A DNA stretch of 64,000 nt from an uncultured Acidobacteriota bacterium. GTDB taxonomy: Bacteria > Acidobacteriota > Blastocatellia > RBC074. Location: positions 192,001 through 256,000 of the forward strand of contig CAWCKY010000004.1 in assembly GCA_963796275.1 (NCBI GenBank). Direction: 5' to 3'. Position 1 is the first letter of the stretch; each line of letters begins with the position of its first letter. Position numbers and translations under genes: made by a program. The notes beneath the pieces are model-generated. The model was not told where the DNA came from. It was given only the letters and a program-made list of their open reading frames with translations, and made no database searches. Below are positions 58,555 through 64,000 of this stretch, piece by piece.

Positions 58555-60543
58555 ATGAACTCAGAGAAGAATCCTTCTTTACCAAAGCTCATCTCCATCT
58601 CCGGCCCATCAGAAGGCTCCATCTTTGTGCTAATCGGGGATCAGACCCCGATCGGACGGGACCCGTCCAACTCGATCTGTATCGCCGATCCCCTGCTCTC
58701 ACGACGGCACTGCAGCCTTTTGAAGAAAGGCGAGGATGTGAGCATCGCCGACACCGGCAGCGCGAACGGGACATTTGTCAACGGAGTGCCTATTACGGAA
58801 CGCGCGCTGGTGCACCGCGACGTGATTAAAGCCGGAGATTCATTATTGCTCTTCATCAGCTACGAAGAAGAAGAAGACTCATCACATACCGATAACACCG
58901 TTCAACTCAATGACGATCCGCTGATCACGAAAGCGACGATCATCCTGCGTCAGGAAGAAGGCTTCTATCTGAATGAGCAGGGAGCGCTGCCCTTGACCGA
59001 ACGGACGACCCAAAACTTCCAGGCGCTTTTACGGATCGGCATCGAGATCAACACGATTCGCGACCTGCAGACTCTGCAGAAGAGACTGCTCGAGTTGATC
59101 TTCTCAGTGGTGCCCGCGGAACACGGCGCAATACTCTTATCCGATGATCAGGAAGGAGAGGTAAGATCGAGCTTCGGTTGGTCGCGAACGGAGCAAGATC
59201 AACAGACGGTGATCGCCAGCCGCACCATTCTGCAGACAGTTTTGCGCGACGGGGTTGCGATACTTCGCAATGATGTAGCGGAAGATGCCGCTCTCCAGAT
59301 ATCGAAAACCCTGGTCCGCTCGGGAGTCCGGTCGATTCTCGCGGTGCCGCTCTCTTATTTCCGGGATACTTTTGGAGTGATCTATCTGGACACAACAAAC
59401 CCGGCCGACAGTTTTGACGAGGAGCACCTGCAACTAGTCACAGCGGTTGCCAATCTGGCCGCGGTCGCATTGCAGAATGCGCAGCATCTGGAACAGTTGA
59501 ATAACGAAACGAAGCGGCTGCAGGCCGAGCTCAATTTCGACCGGGAAATGGTCGGCGAGAGCCCGCGGATGCAGGAGGTCCGTCAGTTGATCGCTAAAAT
59601 CGCGCCGACCGCCTCGACCGTCCTCATCTGCGGGGAGAGCGGTACCGGCAAGGAGCTCGTCGCGCGAGCGATTCACCTCAACAGCCCGCGGGCCAACAAA
59701 CCATTCATTGCCATCAACTGTGCAGTCTTGAATGATACCCTGCTCGAGAGCGAGCTTTTCGGCCACGAAAAAGGCTCCTTTACCGGCGCCATAGCGCAAA
59801 AGAAGGGAAAGCTCGAGATGGCCCAGGGCGGCACCGTATTTTTGGATGAAGTCGGTGAAATGTCTCCTGCGCTCCAGGCCAAGCTTTTGCGCGTTCTGCA
59901 GGAGCGGGAGATCGAACGCGTCGGCGGCACCCGTCCGATCAAACTCGACATCCGACTCATTGCAGCCACCAACAAGGACGTAGAGGTCGCTATCAGGAAC
60001 GGAGAATTTCGCACCGACCTTTACTTCAGGCTCAAAGTCTTCGAAATACCGATGCCACCCCTGCGCGAACGTCGCACTGACATCTCGCTTCTCGCCAGTT
60101 ACTTCGCCAACAAGTTCGGAGCCAAATGCGGTCGACAATTCAAAGGGATTTCCCACGCGGCGCGCACCTGTCTGAAGCATTACGATTGGCCGGGCAATGT
60201 GCGAGAACTCGAGAATGCTATAGAACGAGCCGTAGTTATGAGTACGACCGAATTCATCCTGCCCGATGATCTGCCCGACGAGGTGATCGAAGCCGATTCC
60301 TCATCATCGGCTCATATAAGATCGGCTCAACCCGATGTGGGGGCTCAGACGCTGCCCGTCACCATCGGATCTGTAATGAACTATCACGAGGGGATGATCG
60401 AGGCGAAGCGGCAGCTCATCGTCAAGGCATTCGACCAGGCCAAGGGCAATCACTTCGAGGCGGCAAAATTGTTGGGGCTACATCCGAACAATCTTCATCG
60501 TACGATCCGCAACCTCAACCTCAAATCACAGTTGAAGAAATGA
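58555..60543 (+). CDS. Sigma-54-dependent activator with FHA and GAF domains
   Basis: FHA ([17 protein letters not shown]), [42 protein letters not shown], Fis HTH. Confidence 0.93.
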   Translation: MNSEKNPSLPKLISISGPSEGSIFVLIGDQTPIGRDPSNSICIADPLLSRRHCSLLKKGEDVSIADTGSANGTFVNGVPITERALVHRDVIKAGDSLLLFISYEEEEDSSHTDNTVQLNDDPLITKATIILRQEEGFYLNEQGALPLTERTTQNFQALLRIGIEINTIRDLQTLQKRLLELIFSVVPAEHGAILLSDDQEGEVRSSFGWSRTEQDQQTVIASRTILQTVLRDGVAILRNDVAEDAALQISKTLVRSGVRSILAVPLSYFRDTFGVIYLDTTNPADSFDEEHLQLVTAVANLAAVALQNAQHLEQLNNETKRLQAELNFDREMVGESPRMQEVRQLIAKIAPTASTVLICGESGTGKELVARAIHLNSPRANKPFIAINCAVLNDTLLESELFGHEKGSFTGAIAQKKGKLEMAQGGTVFLDEVGEMSPALQAKLLRVLQEREIERVGGTRPIKLDIRLIAATNKDVEVAIRNGEFRTDLYFRLKVFEIPMPPLRERRTDISLLASYFANKFGAKCGRQFKGISHAARTCLKHYDWPGNVRELENAIERAVVMSTTEFILPDDLPDEVIEADSSSSAHIRSAQPDVGAQTLPVTIGSVMNYHEGMIEAKRQLIVKAFDQAKGNHFEAAKLLGLHPNNLHRTIRNLNLKSQLKK

Positions 60544-60881
60544 AAATTAGTTTTCAGTTTTCAGTTTGATAGCTAAAAACTAAAACCTAAAACTGATAAC
60601 TGATAATTAAAAACTAAAAACGGCTTTGTTGCATAAATCGTAAATGAATATTTTCAGTTGACAGTTGATAGTTTTCAGTCGCTGATCGAAATAGCTCAGC
60701 AAAAACTAAAAACTGAAATTAACTACTCACCCTCTTCGCCGCGTTAGCGGCGGTTGATTGTAGCCGTGGGTTTTAACCCAAGGTGGCGGTAGATTTTTTC
60801 TCGTCGCGTCAGCGACGATTGAATTCAGGCGTCGCTAACGCGACGCGGGAATATCCTTCAAGCCTTCCGTGGGTTAAAACC

Positions 60882-62276
60882 CACTGGTATCTACACAAGT
60901 TTTTGCGTTTGGTTGCAAAGAGTTATCGCAATCAAACCTACCGAAGAATATGCTCTTTGAATGTTTCTCCTCAAACCTCCATTTGACCCCCGTTTGCAAA
61001 GACGGTATGAGAGGCTGGTGAATGAACATCTCCATACAAGCGAGAATCAAGCTGCTGGATCGCGTGCGCTGCCGAGCGTTAATGAAGCGTTTGCCAGCAC
61101 GCAAGCGGCCTGGCGATTTTATGCCAACCCCAATGTGAAGCTGACGGGGCTGGTCGAACCGTTGGTAGAACAAGCTCGGCGGGAGATGCCGCTTGTCTGT
61201 CGACGGTATGGACTGGCGATCCACGACTGGTCTGATCTGCGCTACGGAACGCACACGAGCAAGAAGGATCGGAAAAAAATCGGCAGCGACTTGGGCTACA
61301 AACTGGCGACCACGTTGCTGCTGAGCGACCAGAGCGGGGCGCCGATAGCGCCGATCAGCCTTGGGCTGTGGGCCAATGATGGATGGCACACAACGCTTGA
61401 TGAAGAGAGGCACAGAGATTGGTCGCCCCTGGGATTGGTGAGCCAGACAATGCGGGCTTCGCAGAAGCAAAAACTGTCGTTGCCGCTGGTCCACATCATT
61501 GATCGGGAAGGCGACTCGATCTTTCACTATCGTCAATGGAATAGTGAAGGCCATCTGTTTGAAGTACGTGCCAACGGGGAACAGAGAGTTGTTTGGCAGG
61601 AGCGGACACAACCGTTGAGCCAGGTCGCAGCACAGGTCGCCTTGCGCGCTAGCCAAGCGGTAGAGATTTCGGCCAATCTCATTGGGCAACTGTTTGTGGG
61701 CGAAACCAGCGTCGTCATTGATCGTCCGGCCTTTCCCCGCGCGCGCGATGGGGGCAAGCGTCAATGGATCAAAGGTGAGCCGCTCGAACTGCGCTTGATT
61801 GTCTGTCAACTGCGCTTGCCCGATGAAACGATTGCGGCTGAATGGTACTTGCTCAGTAACGTGCCGGCTGGCATCAGCGCTGAGCAACTGGCCGAATGGT
61901 ACTACTGGCGCTGGAGAATTGAATCTTACTTCAAGTTGCTTAAAAGGCATGGTTTCCAAGTCGACCAGTGGCAGCAGGAAACTGCTGAGGCGATTGCCAA
62001 ACGTTTGTTGGTGGCGGCCATGGCTTGTGTCGTAGTCTGGCACATCCAACGCGCAACGAATCCGCAGACGGTCACCCTGCGCAATCTCTTGGTGCGATTG
62101 AGCGGTCGACAAGTTCGGCGTGGGCAACCCACTGCACCAGCATTGTTGGCTGGGTTTTGGAGTTTCTTGTCGACACTTGAATTGCTCGAACATTATGACC
62201 TCAATGACCTTAAACAGATGGCCCGGCTCATTGTGCCAGGCTATTCCTGACCGTCGGAAATGTGTAGATACCAGTG
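60882..62276 (+). mobile_element. IS4-family insertion sequence, copy 3, 1395 bp, opposite orientation
   Basis: TIRs CACTGGTATCTACACA; direct repeat GGTTAAAACC at 60872-60881 and 62277-62286. Confidence 0.92.
60961..62250 (+). CDS. IS4-family Tn5-like DDE transposase (4 aa differences from copies 1/2)
   Basis: Same motifs; I>V, S>R, V>A and D>N relative to copies 1/2. Confidence 0.93.
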   Translation: MFLLKPPFDPRLQRRYERLVNEHLHTSENQAAGSRALPSVNEAFASTQAAWRFYANPNVKLTGLVEPLVEQARREMPLVCRRYGLAIHDWSDLRYGTHTSKKDRKKIGSDLGYKLATTLLLSDQSGAPIAPISLGLWANDGWHTTLDEERHRDWSPLGLVSQTMRASQKQKLSLPLVHIIDREGDSIFHYRQWNSEGHLFEVRANGEQRVVWQERTQPLSQVAAQVALRASQAVEISANLIGQLFVGETSVVIDRPAFPRARDGGKRQWIKGEPLELRLIVCQLRLPDETIAAEWYLLSNVPAGISAEQLAEWYYWRWRIESYFKLLKRHGFQVDQWQQETAEAIAKRLLVAAMACVVVWHIQRATNPQTVTLRNLLVRLSGRQVRRGQPTAPALLAGFWSFLSTLELLEHYDLNDLKQMARLIVPGYS

Positions 62277-62437
62277 GGTTAAAACCCACGGCTACAATCA
62301 ACCGCCGCTAACGCGGCGAAGAGCATATATAGAGTTTTCAGTTTTCAGATGCCGATTTAGACTATCCAACAGAAACTTGAAACTGAAAACTGAAAACTGA
62401 TAACTGATAACTGAAAACCATTTCCCCAGGAGGACTA

Positions 62438-64000
62438 ATGAGCGCCAGCGATATTAAATTACATTTTGGATCGCCCTATGCGGAGAAACCCTGGCTCAAA
62501 CATTACGATATTTGGGTTCCGGCCGAGATCAATCCGCCCCGCCAGCAGCTCTATCAGATACTACAATTTGCCTCCACCAGTTATCGCGAGAAACCCGCAA
62601 CTTCGTTTCTGGGGGCGAATCTGACTTTTGGCGAAGTGAAAGACCAGGTCGATCGTCTCGCAACCTCCCTCTCTCAACGGGGAATCGGCAAAGGCGATCG
62701 CGTCGGTATTATGCTTCCCAATTGCCCGCAATACATGATCGCTTTTTTCGCGATCGTGCGGCTCGGCGCGATAGTTACGAATATCAATCCCATCTATACG
62801 CCTCGTGAAGTCGAGATGGTCGCGCGCGATTCGGGCTTGCGCGCAATCATTTCGCTCGACCTCATGGCTCCTGTTGTGCTGGGCGTCCAATCGAATACAT
62901 CGATCGAACACATCATTACGACCAGTCTCCAGGAATACTCAGCCGAATCGAGCACAGCACCGGCAGTTCCGCAAGGTACGATCTCATTCAAATCGCTGAT
63001 CGACGGCGTGGCTGAAATCGACTTGCCGCGTGTAGAGATCGATGCAGAGGAAGACGTAGCAGTATTGCAATATACTGGCGGGACGACGGGCGTTCCGAAA
63101 GCGGCGATGTTGACCCATACGAATCTTTACACCAACACACTGCAGTCTTTCATCTGGAGCGGCCCGCTGACGCAGCGAGGCGATGAGCGCTATCTGATAG
63201 TCATCCCGTATTTCCACATCTATGGCCAGACAATCGGCCTGCTGCTGGGCGCTTGGAATGGCGCGATGCAGATACTGATTCCGAAATTCGACGCGAATCT
63301 GCTGATCCAGGCTATCAGGCAACACAAGCCAACGTACTTTCCGAGCGTTCCCACGCTCTACATCTCGATGCTGGCTCATCCCGAGTTCAAGAAGTGCGGC
63401 CTCGGATCGATCAAACGATTCAACAGCGGTTCGGCCCCGATGCCCATCGAAGTGCTGGAACAGTTCGAAAAGCAGAGCGGCGCCATGCTCTATGAGGGCT
63501 ACGGATTGACCGAGGCTTCGCCGACGACCCACTCGACCCCGACGCTTGCGAAGCGCAAGGTCGGAAGCATCGGGCTTCCATATCCGTCGACCGAATGCAA
63601 GATCGTAGATCTGGAGACCGGCACGCGCGAAGTCCCGCTCGGAGAAGACGGCGAGCTCTGCGTTCGCGGGCCGCAGGTGATGAAAGGCTACTGGAACCGC
63701 CCGGACGAGACGGCAATTGCGCTGCGCGACGGATGGCTCTACACTGGCGACGTTGCGCGGATGGATGAAGATGGATTTTTCTACATCGTACAACGTAAGA
63801 AGGATATGATTATCGTCAGCGGCTTCAATGTCTATCCGAACGAAGTCGAGGACGTCCTCTTCGCTCATCCGGCAGTCGCCGAAGCCGCAGTCATCGGAGT
63901 TCCCGACGGATATCGTGGAGAGGCGGTCAAAGCCTTCGTAGTTGCGAAGGACAATGCCGGCGTGACGACAGATGAATTGATCGAACACTGCCGGGCGAAC
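62438..64000 (+). CDS. fadD: Long-chain-fatty-acid--CoA ligase, running off the window end (absent from the ORF track)
   Basis: AGGAGG RBS, ATG 62438, MSASDIK...KPWLKHY; in-frame [39 protein letters not shown]. Confidence 0.88.
   Translation, partial: MSASDIKLHFGSPYAEKPWLKHYDIWVPAEINPPRQQLYQILQFASTSYREKPATSFLGANLTFGEVKDQVDRLATSLSQRGIGKGDRVGIMLPNCPQYMIAFFAIVRLGAIVTNINPIYTPREVEMVARDSGLRAIISLDLMAPVVLGVQSNTSIEHIITTSLQEYSAESSTAPAVPQGTISFKSLIDGVAEIDLPRVEIDAEEDVAVLQYTGGTTGVPKAAMLTHTNLYTNTLQSFIWSGPLTQRGDERYLIVIPYFHIYGQTIGLLLGAWNGAMQILIPKFDANLLIQAIRQHKPTYFPSVPTLYISMLAHPEFKKCGLGSIKRFNSGSAPMPIEVLEQFEKQSGAMLYEGYGLTEASPTTHSTPTLAKRKVGSIGLPYPSTECKIVDLETGTREVPLGEDGELCVRGPQVMKGYWNRPDETAIALRDGWLYTGDVARMDEDGFFYIVQRKKDMIIVSGFNVYPNEVEDVLFAHPAVAEAAVIGVPDGYRGEAVKAFVVAKDNAGVTTDELIEHCRAN

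Larger units (their letters stand above)
60734..62321. repeat. Second copy of the composite REP/MITE-like element (183 bp when empty) interrupted by IS copy 3
   Basis: Same terminal IRs and central palindrome as 50299-53294. Confidence 0.85.

Noticed and set aside
62984-63988. 334-aa minus-strand ORF
   Set aside because: Antisense shadow of the plus-strand acyl-CoA ligase that runs off the window end.

Overview
GC-rich bacterial window; the gene content suggests Acidobacteriota, possibly Blastocatellia (inference). From left to right it holds a secreted phosphatase, a TonB-dependent receptor and thpR. Next comes the stand-out locus (5.7-13.6 kb): a [NiFe]-hydrogenase small subunit, two divergent large-subunit paralogues that both stop at RSFDP exactly before the C-terminal CxxC and have lost most metal and catalytic residues, and a multi-PAS hybrid kinase with a HoxJ/HupT-like N-terminus and a Gly-Gln-Thr repeat insert. 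This is a candidate Ni-free pseudo-hydrogenase sensory system. It is followed by a roughly 14-kb lipid cluster resembling a split and expanded ether-lipid (elb-like) pathway, a type I RM locus with degenerate catalytic motifs next to tRNA-Thr(CGT) and an integrase remnant, a YfhO-family gene, a heterodimeric ABC exporter, UDG, an ECF sigma module, hydrolases, ppk2, a uxaA-like gene, an FHA-GAF sigma-54 activator and a truncated fadD-like gene. Three 1395-bp copies of a Tn5/IS50-like IS each sit in the same REP hairpin, one next to a 14 x 40-bp tandem array of the REP end. Many intergenic hairpins are built from 7- or 9-nt repeats. Five genes carry single-base frameshifts that are probably assembly errors.
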